Below are positions 27,791 through 40,544 of a stretch of 64,000 nucleotides of DNA, in pieces; the first letter of the stretch is position 1; the number at the start of each line of letters is the position of its first letter. The DNA is from Eledone cirrhosa (taxonomy: Eukaryota), in the NCBI GenBank assembly GCA_964016885.1, contig OZ024742.1, forward strand, positions 53,134,001-53,198,000, read 5' to 3'. The notes under the pieces were generated by a model. The model was given only the letters and a program-made list of their open reading frames with translations. It was not told the origin of the DNA and did not search any database. Position numbers and translations under genes: made by a program.

Positions 27791-28902
27791 GAAGACTTGC
27801 CTTCCCATATGTACAGGATGAAACAAACATGGAGAAAACACTAGCCTACACCAATCTTCACCCCCATTCATCCCTCCCTGTCTTAGTACCCCATCCTCAC
27901 CAACTAATTATCCCACTTACGCCATCCATGTCCAAGTTGCATACTCGCTTCCTCCCCACCTTCCATGCTCCTGAGATATTTCTCCTGTCCTATTCAATAC
28001 AAAAGCTGTACATGCTCTATATCTGCTCTCCCTCCCCTCTCCCATAATGCTGCCGCCATAATAAAAAACACTTTGTCCACCCTATATGGTGATTTGGTGC
28101 CACAAAAAAATCATCCAGTCCATTCTGTAAGGTGATTATACTGGTAACATGACAAGAGGCAGCTCAAAATGCACTCTATAAGATGGCTGAACTGGTGACA
28201 TGGCAGGAGGCCCCTCCCCCCAGTCCACCTTGTATAGAGGTTGTGTTGGTGACACAAAAAAAAGTACACACTCCACCCTGTTAGGTAGTCATGTTGGTGA
28301 CATGACAAAAACCACCCAGTCCACCGTTAGATGGTCCTTTTGGTGCCACAATAAAAGCACCTAGTCCACACTAATGTGGTTAGTGTTAGGGAGGGCATCC
28401 ATCCCTAGAAACCAAGCTAAAATACAGATCCATATGAGCAAAACATGGACACCTGACCTGAATTGTCTCATAACACAACAACCCATTTAACCCATGCAAG
28501 CATGAAAAATGGCCATTAAACAATGATGATAATGATATGTCTTGCTCATATGGATCTGTATTTTAGCTAAAGAGACTACCTTGATATCTGACAGTGGTAT
28601 TTTCATGGAAAGATAGGTGTTTTAGTTCTCACCTGACTCACTTTTGTCCCCAGGTCACTTAGCAGCCACACACAATAGCTGCTTGAACTAGCAGGCTAAA
28701 CTTAGTGAGGGACTGGATGCTTGGATTGAAGGTAAGTACTACTAAACATTTCTAGGGCTCATTGTTGAAATGCTATGATGGACAAACAGTCAAACATCTA
28801 GAGTGGCACCCTAACAACTGGTTGTGCCAGTTACAGAAACTTGATCAATATATATATATACTCACACACAATGATAATGATTCAATTAGTCCTACTACTC
28901 AC

Positions 28903-28989
28903 CTTGTATTTCATGCGATAACGAAGGAAGGTTTCTTGGTCATAGTCATCCCATCCACCTTGGTGACCTCCATTTTGTAGAACATATTT
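28903..28989 (-). CDS. CCDC112: CCDC112 exon 7
   Basis: tag|KYVLQNGGHQGGWDDYDQETFLRYRMKYK|gtgag, with the family motif GG.QG.WDDYD. Confidence 0.95.
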
Positions 28990-30050
28990 CTAAGAAAAAA
29001 AATAAATAGCAGAAAAAAAGAAATAAAAGCAAATAATTTGAAATATCAAACTAAACCAGTGACTGATAAACATTGCTAATATTCCATAAAAATATTTGAT
29101 CCAATAAGGGAAACCTCAAGAACACAATAGATAGTGTAGAACAGGTTCTTTTAAGGACAATTTTCCCTCTGCTGAAGATGGGGTCAGCTATGCAGACACC
29201 ATGAGAAGCTTCATACTCATAAAAGGGTTCTGTTTCAGATAATGTTTTACAGCCGGATAATCTTGACATTCCTTTGACTATTCCCCCTATGTATCGGACA
29301 TCACCCTCTCCTCTTACTCATTATCTTGTCAAATCCAACTGTTCATGCCATACATCCATAACATCATATGTATGTCACCCTTACTCCAGAGCAGAGATGG
29401 CTCTTCAGTTGGGACAAGAACTGACATCTCTTGTGTTTGTGTCATGAAAATCCACCCAGTACACTCTGTAAGGTGGTTGGCAATAGGAATAGCACCCCAC
29501 TGTAGAAATCAAGCCGAAAAGTGGTGAGTGGGCACTTCACTTGCATCAACAGCGTAACAACCTCTCTAGTGTTGGTGATCTACATGATAAACTTACCAAG
29601 TAAATGCTGTAAAGTGATTGGTGATAGGAAGGGCTTCCAGCCATAGAAGTTTGCTCAATAAAGGGTTCAGAGGACCCTTCAGTTATATCAAAGACATGAG
29701 AACCTCTCTTGTGTTAGTGTCATGATAAAATGCACTTGGTAGAGTACAGGACTATATGTAAGCAAGATGAGGAATTCCAGCCTGTCTGTGAAGGCCTGTC
29801 CAGCCCTTGCGAGCAGAGAAAATAGATGTTAAATGATGATAATGATGACGATGATGCCCTTCCTGGCTGCAACCTTTTTAGTTGCTTCTTACATGTAGGA
29901 ATGTTCAAAGACTAGATGGTCAAAACTGAAACATCGTTGACCCATAAATCTTCTCAGTCAGAGCTAACCTGGAGCTAAACAATGACTCATAAAAAAAATA
30001 AACAAAGACAAAACAATCTGAACTTTGTTAAAATTATATAGGAACCTTAC

Positions 30051-30246
30051 ATCAAAGTTAGCAACTTCTGGAGGCAGATCTACCATTATATCTCTAGTTG
30101 ATGGCCCGGAAGATTTACAGTGAGTCTTAGCACCAATTCCACTGGTAATCTGCGGACCACCTGATTTGGCCCAACTTTCAATCTTTTTTTCAAGAGCTTG
30201 AATTTCCAGTGAAGTGAATTTTTCTTCATTCATTAATTCCTCATAG
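30051..30246 (-). CDS. CCDC112: CCDC112 exon 6
   Basis: cag|YEELMNEEKFTSLEIQALEKKIESWA...LPPEVANFD|gtaagg, phase 2/0. Confidence 0.93.
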
Positions 30247-30441
30247 CTGAAGAAGAAATAAAATAAATGAAAAATAAAATGAGCTTGGTTTGTCTTGGTT
30301 CGTAGTCCAGCAGGATCAACTGGAGATGGTGGCTTCTGACAGGATCCCCTGGAAGGTGTTTCTGGGGATTCAGTCCCCACAAAACTCAGACAACAAAGAT
30401 GGAGGAGAAGGAGAAGAAAAAGAAAAGAATAATTTTAATAA

Positions 30442-30657
30442 TAATTATTTCTGATTTAGGCAGAAGGCCAAAAATTTGATGGAAGGGGAAAGTCGATTAA
30501 GTTGACCCCAGTTTGTTACCGGTACTTTATTTTATCGAGCCCCGTAAGGATGAAAGACAAAGTTAACCTCGGCGGGATTTGAACTCAGTAGATAAAGGGC
30601 TGTAACACTATGCTGTAAAGCATATTGTCTGATGCTCTACCTATACTGCCACTCCAC
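30442..30657 (-). mobile_element. Nin-domain SINE (longer subfamily)
   Basis: Same core, with an extra 'gaaggggaaagtcgattaa' segment. Confidence 0.8.
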
Positions 30658-30889
30658 CAAATAATAATAATAATGATAGTAATTTAACTCTTAACATTCT
30701 GTAATGATTTATCATAAAATATGTTAAAAACACATTAATTAATTCAAATGTATATAGTATCTTTACTAGTGGACAGAATGTGAAAATTTCAGCATTAGGT
30801 TACAAGCGTTTACATTTCATGTGAGGCAGTCATGGTACTGTTTTTGTACATTTTAACAGCCTAATTATGGTGAATTAAATAATTTCTAC

Positions 30890-30965
30890 CTCTTCCTCTG
30901 ATTTTCTTTAAACTCATTGATATATTGTTCTGTTTCTTCCATAATATTCTTCAATTTCTCAACAA
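30890..30965 (-). CDS. CCDC112: CCDC112 exon 5
   Basis: cag|(F)VEKLKNIMEETEQYINEFKENQRK|gtag, phase 1/2. Confidence 0.92.
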
Positions 30966-32139
30966 CTGTTAAGAAAAAGAAACAAAGAAGTATTGAATTC
31001 TGTGTTGTTTCAGCATCATGTTTTGAAATATAGTGTGAGGTGGATGGTGGTGGAGGATTGCCTTAAAGATAAGAAACATGGTGGGGTGGACTGTTATTGG
31101 AACAGATGATGACAAAATTAAAGTTGTATGTCTACATATATATATGAAAAGATTCAGGACTCCGACGGTTGAGCTCCGGCCGTTTCAACAGCTAGATCCA
31201 AACTAAAGTGCCAGTTCGGATCTAGCTGTCGAAACAGCCAGAGCTCAACCGTCAGGATCCTGAATCTTTTCATATTACCCACTCTACTACCCCAAGTATC
31301 AAGTACTCTAGTGGATTATGGTCTACCTGGTTTTTACCACACCCTATCTGATATATATATATATATATATATATATGTGAGTCCCGAGTTCAATCGGGGT
31401 AACCACAGTAAGTAAAGTTCACGCACCCCCCATGTTATTATTGTTGTTGTTGTAGCTGTGTCTTGAATGTGGCTGTCAACAAAATATATACCTCAGCCCC
31501 CCTCAGAGTTCCGTTTATTGCTTCCACTATCTGGCTACACATAGACTATCGTTTGATACAGATGAACACAACATACTTAAGGGGTTACCTTTCTGCTGAT
31601 TTATGACCTCAATTCCGTGGGGGATGTGTGAATCCTGATTTCGCTAATTGACACGTGGATAGCACTTTACTCCAGTAAGCATAACAGCTGGGAGACCCTT
31701 TCAGGAACACATATGTCTGCTGGATGCATAAGCAGAATGACGTGTGTTTTTTCTTGCAGCATATCACAAAATCGAATTTCATCTGAGGATACCATTCTCA
31801 TAACAATAACAAATGCATGAATTACATCTTGATTACATGGGCGAACCGTTGAAATAATTATAATGAATAAATGATTTATGTAACATCAGCATCTTTATTA
31901 ATGTTATTATTATCCTGAATCGCCATTGTAACTACAAACTACGAATGGCGAGAGCTTTCTCCTGCTTACTCCTGTTTTTACCAAAACAATCTCTTCGGAA
32001 CGTATATATATATATATATATATAAAAGTTTAAATAATTAAAATAAATGGATTAAGTAAGTACTAAACCTCGTCTTATCTGTTTTCATTGTTCAACCTTA
32101 TATATCTGACTGTAATTTTTTAATACTCAGTGACATATA

Positions 32140-32307
32140 CCGTATTTCCCGGTGCCGAAGATGCTTCGTCCTCGAGGACGCATCCTAATTTTGACAACCA
32201 AAAATTTGAAAAAAAAAAATAAACAACCCTTGACCTCCAGGACGCATGTTAGATTTTTTAGACTTATTTTAGGAAAAAAGTAGCATCTTCGATGCCAGGA
32301 AAGACGG
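32140..32307. mobile_element. pogo/Tigger-like MITE
   Basis: TA|CCGTATTTCCCGGTGCCGAAGATGC ... GCATCTTCGATGCCAGGAAAGACGG|TA; similar ends at ~4450 and ~35310. Confidence 0.7.
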
Positions 32308-32649
32308 TAGTTGGATATCACCTTTGCAGAAAAACAAATCGAGTTCTAATGTCATTATAAATCCTACCTTAATTAGGTAAACTATTAATGTATCCACATA
32401 TATATATAATCATCATGTATATGTGTGTGTCTGTTTATTTTTAATGTTTAAGTTCTGTATCTTAGCAGTTTAACAAAAGAGAGACTGATAAAATAAGAAC
32501 TAAACTTGAAGAAAAGAAATGACTGACGGCAGTAAAAGTCTAATGACCAACAGCAGTAAAAGTATAATGACTGACAGCAGTAAAAGCATAAAAGAATGAC
32601 TGTTAAATGCTGCAACTTAATTTTATGAAGATTGTTAACAATGACTTAC

Positions 32650-32739
32650 ATTTAGGACTGGGTGATATTGTTTTCAGCTCTTTCCTGAACTGGGACACCA
32701 TTGACTGAATTTTGGAAAGAATTTGCTTCAACGCATTTT
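32650..32739 (-). CDS. CCDC112: CCDC112 exon 4
   Basis: cag|NALKQILSKIQSMVSQFRKELKTISPSPK|gtaag, phase 1/1. Resembles CCDC112 'LAKIHNNVKKLQHQLKDVKPTP'. Confidence 0.9.
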
Positions 32740-33601
32740 CTGTAAAATATGAGCAATATGTTATTACGTAATATATGAACAATATGTAAAGATGAAGAAT
32801 GAGGTGAAGTGATATGGAGAAATGTATTTCAATACTGAATGTACCATTACCTATGGTCTCTTTGAATGCAGAGTGAAACATTATTTCAATACTGGACATA
32901 GCACTATCTAATGTTCCTTTGAAAACAGTGAAGTGATTTGAAAAAAAAACGTTATTGCAATACAGGATGTACCATTATCCACTGGGTATAAGAGGAATCA
33001 AATGTAGTGTGAAAGAGAGAAGACTGTACTAGTATAAACATGTGATGTATATGAATGATCACGGTTGGGTGAAGAAATGCAAAGAAATCCCAGTGAAAAG
33101 AAGCTGGAGTAGAGAAAGACCAAGGAAGACCTGGGAAGAGGTGTTGAGATGTCAAGAAACACCCAGTCTATTCTGTAAAGTGGTAGTGCTGGTGACATGA
33201 CAAGAAACACCCAAGCTGGTCTCAAACTGCTGATACTCACAGATGAGGTGACGAAGAACTGCAACTAGTAGAGGGATGCTGTACTGAAAAAGACCCGCCC
33301 CACTCATGCAAGCATAGAAACGTAGATATAAAATGGCGATAGTGATGATGATCATCATCACCGTTTAGTGTCCATTTTTCCATACTTGCATGGGTTAGAC
33401 GAGTCGTCCATCCTGGGAGGCAAGTCTGACCATAGTTAGTCATGTTGCACCTTGCTCCAGTGAGGACTGTAAATTTGGCTGGGTATTTGACAGCTGAATG
33501 CCCTTCCTAACAGAAACCACATTTACAGTGTGGAACTGATGATGATGATAAATAAATAGAGAAAGGAAAAAAGATGAGGAAGTGAGAAAGGTTTGATTTA
33601 C

Positions 33602-33723
33602 TTTGTGTCCTTAGCTCCTCGGTAGATTTCTTGTCAGTTTCTTGCAGGGGCAGGAAATCTTTTCTGTTATTGGCACGTTTACCAAAGATGAGGACATCAC
33701 GTTCACGGAGGATTGTCTTGTAT
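33602..33723 (-). CDS. CCDC112: CCDC112 exon 3
   Basis: cag|YKTILRERDVLIFGKRANNRKDFLPLQETDKKSTEELRTQ|gtaaat, phase 2/1. Confidence 0.88.
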
Positions 33724-33799
33724 CTGAAAGTTAAATACAAAAAAAAAGAAGAAAATCTGTGTGGACTTTTGCATGGAGATTTTATGATATTCAACATCT

Positions 33800-34155
33800 T
33801 ATGTCTGGTGACATGACAAAAAACATCCATTCCACCCTATAAGGTGGTAGTATTGGTGCCATAACAAGAAACACCCAGTCTATCTTGTAAAGTGTTAGTG
33901 CTGGTGCCATGACAAGAAACACACAGTCATCCTTGTGAAGTGGTAGTGCTGGTGCCATGACAAGAAACACCCAGTCAATCCTGTGAAGTGGTAGGGCTGG
34001 CAACATAACAAGAAACACCCAATCCACCCTGTAAAGTGGTAGTGCTGGCGACATGACAAGAAACACCCAATCCACCCCGTAAGGTCGTAGCGCTGGTGCC
34101 ATGACAAGAATCCCAGTTCTGCCTGTAAAGTGGTAGAGTTGGTGTCATGACAAAA
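33800..34155. repeat. ~46-bp tandem array derived from the (GAT)n-tailed element
   Basis: Repeated 'gtaaagtggtagtgctggtgccatgacaagaaacacccagtc..cct'; related arrays at ~20950-21250 and ~28050-28380. Confidence 0.8.
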
Positions 34156-34574
34156 AGTACCGATTTCATCAGCAGGTTGAACCATTGATCAAATAACTGG
34201 AACACTCCATCTGTCGTCGATTGGGTAGTAATTCTGAATAAGAAGTACCTCTCACTGTAATAACTTACCCAAGTTATACCACGAGGGAAAATCATCATCA
34301 TCATCACTGTTTAACATGTTTTCCGTGATTACATGGATTGAGGTTGTCACACTGTGAGACCTGCTCATACATTGTTTTTGGCTCGGTCTTTATGACTGGA
34401 TGCTTTCCTAATGTAAATCACTTAACAGTGTGTATACACATGCACATATATACATATATATACCCATAACCCTTACATTATTCATATATATTCAGCACTA
34501 ATTTCCAAATTACTTAATGAGCCATTTCAAATGGGGCCAGTGATGAAAGAAATAAAGATTGAAGCCATGCTTAC

Positions 34575-34669
34575 TGTGTTCGAAGCTTTTGAAGTTCTTT
34601 CTTCAAATCAGATTTTTTGCTTAAAGCCTCATTTTCTTGCCATTTAATAATAGATTCAGCAGTTTGGGT
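34575..34669 (-). CDS. CCDC112: CCDC112 exon 2
   Basis: cag|TQTAESIIKWQENEALSKKSDLKKELQKLRT|gtaag, phase 0/2. Confidence 0.85.
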
Positions 34670-35574
34670 CTGAAATATACAAATAACATATATATATATT
34701 TGAAAATGTGGGAATCCCAAATACAGTAGCTGTAACTGAAGTCAAGCTCAATAAATAATAGCTTAGAAAATCGGGTAAAATACTCCTAGCAACAGAAAAA
34801 ATTGCCAGCAGCCACTAACTAGTGGTTTAAAATGCCCAAGACATGCTGTATAACAAAGTACCAATTCAGTACTGGGGTTTACTCTCTCTCTCTCTCTTCC
34901 AGCGTTCAGAACTGGAAAGAGATGGACTTTGCCAGATTAAAATGCACATGCATATATACAACGATTAAGGTACTATAACTGCTGCAGAGGGTAGTTATGG
35001 ATTTTACACTATTAAACATCACAATATCTCCAAGTCCATGGACTGTTAAACTGCTTTCATTAAAAAGACTCTTGAAATGTTTTCTAAAAGAGGCACAGAG
35101 AGAGAGAGAAAGCAATTGTTAATACCTGTACTTGCACTGCATTCTGTTAATGCAGTGTTGAAAAATCTTTACGTTGGAAGTAATCAGAATTTAATAAAGC
35201 TATTTCCTGTAATTACTACGTACTTTGACAAGAAGAATGGAGATTTACAGTAAAAACTGATTGAGTTAAATAAGACAACTAATGAAACAGCAAACACAAT
35301 CTCTAATTACCATATATACTCAAATATAAGCCGAGTCCCCACTATTTTATGACTGAGAAATGGGCAAAAATCGAAACCCTGTTTATAAGCTGAGGCAGCT
35401 AATCAACACATTATGTTTAGATGGTAAATAGCCAACCCCTCATTTTAGCATCGATTTTTTGGTCACATATTCCGTGGCTTATATAAAGGAAACTGGAGTA
35501 AAATAGTTCTTTCAGAAGTTTATTGCATTGAAAGGTGGCAACATTTGGTGAACTCAAGCATAATGTAGATAATA

Positions 35575-35920
35575 ATAATTGTTTCTACTTTAGGCACAAG
35601 GCCAGCAATTTGAAGGGGCGGAGAAAGTTGATTAAATCGACCCCAGTGCATTACTGGTGCTTCATTTTATCAACACTGTAAGGATGAAAGGCAAAACTAA
35701 CTTCAGCAGGATTTCAACTCAGAACATAAAGGGCCATAACTCTATGCTGCGAAACAGTGTCTGACGCTCTACGAATACTGCCAATTCAAGGGAATAATAA
35801 CTGTTTCTACTTTTGGCACAAGGCCAGCAATTATCCAGTACATTACTGGTACTTTATTTTATCGAACCCGTAAGCATGAAAGGCAAAGTTAATCTCTCAT
35901 CCTTACGGGGTCGATAAAAT
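35575..35920 (-). mobile_element. Nin-domain SINE cluster
   Basis: One full copy, one partial copy and a short inverted core fragment. Confidence 0.78.
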
Positions 35921-36869
35921 CCAAGAGAATAATAATGCGCTTGAAAAAGAGATTATTAATTGGTGTCAGTTACCAAATGTGTATTTTATTTCTTTTGATA
36001 CCAAACCACCCATCATTCTATGATACAAAACTGGTGCTTGGCTTAGTGGTTAGAGCGTTGGATGGATTCACATTCATGAGGTTGTGAGTTCAATTCCCAG
36101 ACTGGGTGGAACATTGTGTCCTTGCACAAGGCACTTTATTTTACTTAGCTGGAGATGAGTTACAACATCACTGGGGCCAAGCTGTATCGGCCTTTGCTTT
36201 TCTCCTGGAGATCAGTGGAGTGGAGTACGCATGGTCGTCCACAAAACACTTTTGTTGCTTCTTACGATATGCAGGGATAGTGTACCTATTCTAAAGGCTG
36301 GGATACACACAACATATATGTGTATATCCGTGTCTGTGTGTATATCTGTATCTGAATATATGTATCTGTGTCTATATATGTGGGTATGTTTGTTTTTCAA
36401 TGTCCTTATTATCTACATACTTTCTATTATAATCTTATGTAAGAAACTTTGTTAAGTTATGTTCTAAACACCAGCTTAATAATAAGAAAATGTGTGTGTA
36501 TATGATGTTAATCATAAAATGACTAGTATTCAATTTGATACTTAATACCTTGTGAAGGTATGTGGTTTAATGGTTAGGGTGTTTGACACCTGATTGTGTC
36601 CTTGAGCAAGACACTTTATTTTACCTTGCTCCAGTCTCACTCAGCTGGCAAAAAATCAGTTGCACCTGTAATCCAAAGGATCAGCCTTGTCACAACAATA
36701 TGCCACATTGAATCTCCCTGAGAATTACGTTAAGGGTGCATGTGTCTGTGGAAAGCTCAGCCACTTATATATAATGTCACAAGTAGGGGATTCCATTGTT
36801 TGAACAGCTGCAACATGCCTCGTCGGAACCGATGGAAGTCCAGCACATATCTTTATTTAAAGTGAAGCA

Positions 36870-37800
36870 TAGAGATAAAATAAAGCCCAGCTTTATATGA
36901 GGACTGCTACAGATATCTAGGGATAGATGAAAGTATATCCAATGGAATTTATAACAAGGAACAAGTAACTCGAAAATATAAACACTGAAGAAGAAAAATA
37001 CTGTCTTAGTAACTCTCTACCCACAATAAAACAATGGCCCACAATGTGTTTGCTGTGCCTGTGCAGACACCAACATTTGGTTACTTGACTGGATGTTAGA
37101 TGAGATCCGAACCATAGACATTAAAACCTGAAAAGTTCTAACCGGCACCTGAAATGTTCATATCAACAGTGACGTAGACTACCTCTACCTCAAATGTAAC
37201 CATGGGATAGAAGTTTAACATCAATCCAAATAGTATTTGAATGTCACACTATATCCCTCCGACAACATCTAAGAATGACCAAGCATAGAAGCCCAGCCAT
37301 AGAATAAGTCTACATGAGGCAGATAATATCATGAGGGTTGGGAGGGAATTCCTTGAGAAATACTCCCTTCATGACAACCAAAAACTCATACCCAGGGACA
37401 GCAATACGGCAACAAAACCATAGATGAAAAATGCCACCCACATCATAAGCAGCTGTCCAAAGATGTTATGATACTATCTACCTATGAGGCTTTATGTAGT
37501 GGCTAAAACACTATACACGGCTATCAGAAGAAAAGATAGCCCCGAGAATAAAAATATTTTTAAAAGTTACAGTTATGTGGAGGGCTTATGCATACATAAT
37601 ATGAAAGATTACTGGTGGAATGTTCCAGTCAAAACCTCAATAAGATGCAAACATAACAGATCAGACATAGTGATATGATATTGGACAGAGAAAAGAAGTC
37701 ATGCACTGTAGTGCAAATCAGTTGCCTAGATGTCAATGTAATACTAAAGAATAGCGAAAAGAACATTTTGCCATAAATATGCTTGATCAAAATTAAACAT
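36870..37800 (+). mobile_element. Decayed REL-endonuclease LINE (R4/Dong-like)
   Basis: HIISSCPK, DYWWNVPVKTSIRCKHNRSDIVI, CTVVQISCLDVNV. Confidence 0.7.
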
Positions 37801-38248
37801 CGAGGAAGCATCCTACGGGAGTTTGTGCACATACACCCCACTTTCATCTTTACGAGATCGATATAAAGCACCAGTAACACACTAGGGACGATTTAAATTG
37901 CTGGCCTTGGTCTAAATGTAGACACAATTATTACCATTACACCCATCTCGGAGTATTTGTAATTATAAGGGTTGATAGGTTTGGTTAGAATTTTAAACAT
38001 GGAATTTGTGTTTTTCCTATGATCTTTGATGTGTTTTGAATGAATATATCCTTCAAACTCGTCGTAAATTATTCGCTTTCTGTGGTTCCCCCACACGAGA
38101 ACTCCACAATACCCGTCTCGGAGAAGGGTGTGATTATAAAAAAATAAAGTCCTAGACAAGTAAATCAGTGGGTAGATTTAATATTCCTATAAAGCTTTCT
38201 AGATATGAAAGTAATCAAATTATAATTGACGCTAATTTTGTTACTTAC

Positions 38249-38254
38249 CGCCAT
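38249..38254 (-). CDS. CCDC112: CCDC112 probable coding exon 1 (ATG GCG)
   Basis: Minus strand caagcATGGCG|gtaagt: good Kozak context, strong donor, and phase 0 matches the next exon. The exon is very short, so it is less certain. Confidence 0.7.
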
Positions 38255-38259
38255 GCTTG

Positions 38260-38273
38260 GTTGTCAGGTAAAC
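38260..38273. promoter_or_regulatory. Putative RFX X-box-like element
   Basis: GTTGTCAGGTAAAC, an imperfect GTT...AAC palindrome 5 nt upstream of the CCDC112 ATG. Confidence 0.4.
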
Positions 38274-38360
38274 AACTCTCCCAAACAAAGGTAGAATCAC
38301 TCTCAATTTCTACTCCCATATGCATTGGTGTAAACTTTTTAATCAACCACAATACGCCGC

Positions 38361-38411
<51 letters not shown>

Positions 38412-38476
38412 AGATTAAAATACTAGAGTGCATTGGAGTAAAACACACTCACACTTGATGTTTATTTGTTTATTTT

Positions 38477-38519
<43 letters not shown>

Positions 38520-38520
<1 letters not shown>

Positions 38521-38880
38521 GTAGGAGGTGAGTTTTATTGTAGTACAATAAAGCAATGCAGATATCGGATAAGAAGCACTCTACAGTTTGTAGGACTGGA
38601 GTATACGAATGTAAAGTTATAACTTACACCAATTCCTTCACCTATTTTGGCTCCACTTCCACCTCCTTTAAAGCTCGTCTTTATAATCATCATTCGTCTT
38701 TTAAATACCAACTTAAAAGAACCAACACGGCTCTCTCAGAACTCATATGGTCCTTGAAAGACAAACATATTAAATATAACATCTCTTGGAAAAAGGTTTC
38801 TTCTGCTTCTTCTTGAACGGTTCTCTATCCAAGACTTGAACGGTTCTCTATCCAAGACTTGCAATCTCTGTCTAAAGAAT
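38520..38880 (+). mobile_element. Penelope-like element, GIY-YIG endonuclease fragment
   Basis: GVYECKV..TYFGSTSTSFKARLYNHHSSF..TALSELIWSLKD..YNISWK..CNLCLKE. Confidence 0.85.
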
Positions 38881-39114
38881 TTTTAGCCTGGTAAAAATTC
38901 TTATTTAGTCCCGAATTAGCCGTCGAAACGGCTTGAGCTCTGCCGTCGGGGTTATACTTGTTGCTATTACCCACTCTACTACCATAAGTATTGAGTACTT
39001 TGGTGCGTTATGGTCCATCTGGTTCCTTACCACATTTCCTTCGTTATATATATATATATATATATAGAGACGCTTGAAACGGCTTGAGCTCTGCCGTCGG
39101 TGTCATACTTGTTC

Positions 39115-39180
<66 letters not shown>

Positions 39181-40046
39181 GAATAAATATGGTTTTATAA
39201 ATATAATTTCCATTTATTTTATATCACTGTATATATATATATATAGTATTAATTATACTATTTATGGTTATGTAAATACAAAAACCTTATGCAGTTATAT
39301 GTATTTTTTATACAAACCCTAAATAGTGGTAGGCAGTAATGTATTACTACCTTATTACCAGTAAGTTAAGTAGCTCAATGTAAAAACATCAGGTGATTTA
39401 CAGAGCAGTTATATGAAATATATGAAATGTATTCAATGTCGTTCCTCGAAACGTAACAGCCTCTAAAGAACATCAGACTATGATTCTCTAACTGGATTGT
39501 CAAACACTCAATATCGAATTGTCGAGGGGCATATAATTGAAAAATATATAATTGAAAAATACACTCTCTTGACCATGAAAATGTCGAAGTACATGAAGTA
39601 CTTGTCATCCCTTCGCTGTGCATCTCCAATACTTTTAATATTTTTAATATTTTTAATGCTTGCACTATTTTTAATGCTTATATCATTTCTCCACACACAG
39701 ACTATATCAATCATATAAAGAATCTGCCACCAGATCAACCAACCTAACACTCTTGTTTACCTACCTAAGTGCCTCTACTATACGCATCTCTCTGCCACAC
39801 TATATAAACAAGACGCACGTGCTTGCCACACATATAACATTTGCACTACATAACCGCTTATCTTCATGTTGTATTTTAACCTGTATTTTTGATTTTTTGA
39901 TTGTACCTTTTAATATGAATGTAATCTCGAAATGTGTTCTGCCATTCTAAATTATGTAATGAATGTTGACCCACAATATTTGCATATGTATCGGTATGTC
40001 TCTTGGCTGAAAAGGAGGTCATATAACTGTCCATTCATTAATAAAT

Positions 40047-40093
40047 TGCTCCGAAGAATCCAAACCTCGGTTTGGAGGAAACAGCTGTAAGCA
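40047..40093 (+). ncRNA. Variant minimal hammerhead (core CCGAAGA)
   Basis: tgct-CCGAAGA-atccaaacc tc ggtttggag-GAAA-cagctg-TA^agca. Confidence 0.6.
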
Positions 40094-40124
40094 CAATAAT
40101 GTTTTGAACAGTTCTTTGATTCTT

Positions 40125-40210
<86 letters not shown>

Positions 40211-40252
40211 GTGATATTAAATAAATGGAAATTATATTTATAAAACCATATT

Positions 40253-40313
40253 TATTCTATTATATATATTTCAAGGGTACCAAAATATTGGTACGCTATC
40301 ATCAGATAAAATA
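40253..40313 (-). ncRNA. Type-I hammerhead ribozyme, family A
   Basis: Minus strand: tattttat-CTGATGA-tagcgtacca..tggtaccctt-GAAA-tatata-TA^atagaata. Confidence 0.78.
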
Positions 40314-40505
40314 CGAAGTGTGTTTTATAAATTTTGACATAACCAAGGAGAATATACCTTAACGGTTCAAGATATCCTTGGATATATATATATCGTTTTC
40401 GGTGCACCCGGCCGATTAACCCACTCGATATGCAAATTGGGCTACTCAGCCGTTAATATGCATAAGGTAAGTATATACGTTCAACAATCAGGCAGGAAGG
40501 TATAC

Positions 40506-40544
40506 GTTGCTGACGATAGCTAATAAGCTTGAAACTAGTACAGC
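40506..40544 (+). ncRNA. Minimal hammerhead ribozyme, family B, tandem copy 1
   Basis: gttg-CTGACGA-tagct aata agctt-GAAA-ctag-TA^cagc, with palindromic ACTAGT stem III. Confidence 0.72.

Noticed and set aside
33800-34155. Regularly spaced repeats resembling a CRISPR array
   Set aside because: Units are degenerate tandem copies without unique spacers, in eukaryotic DNA with no cas genes.
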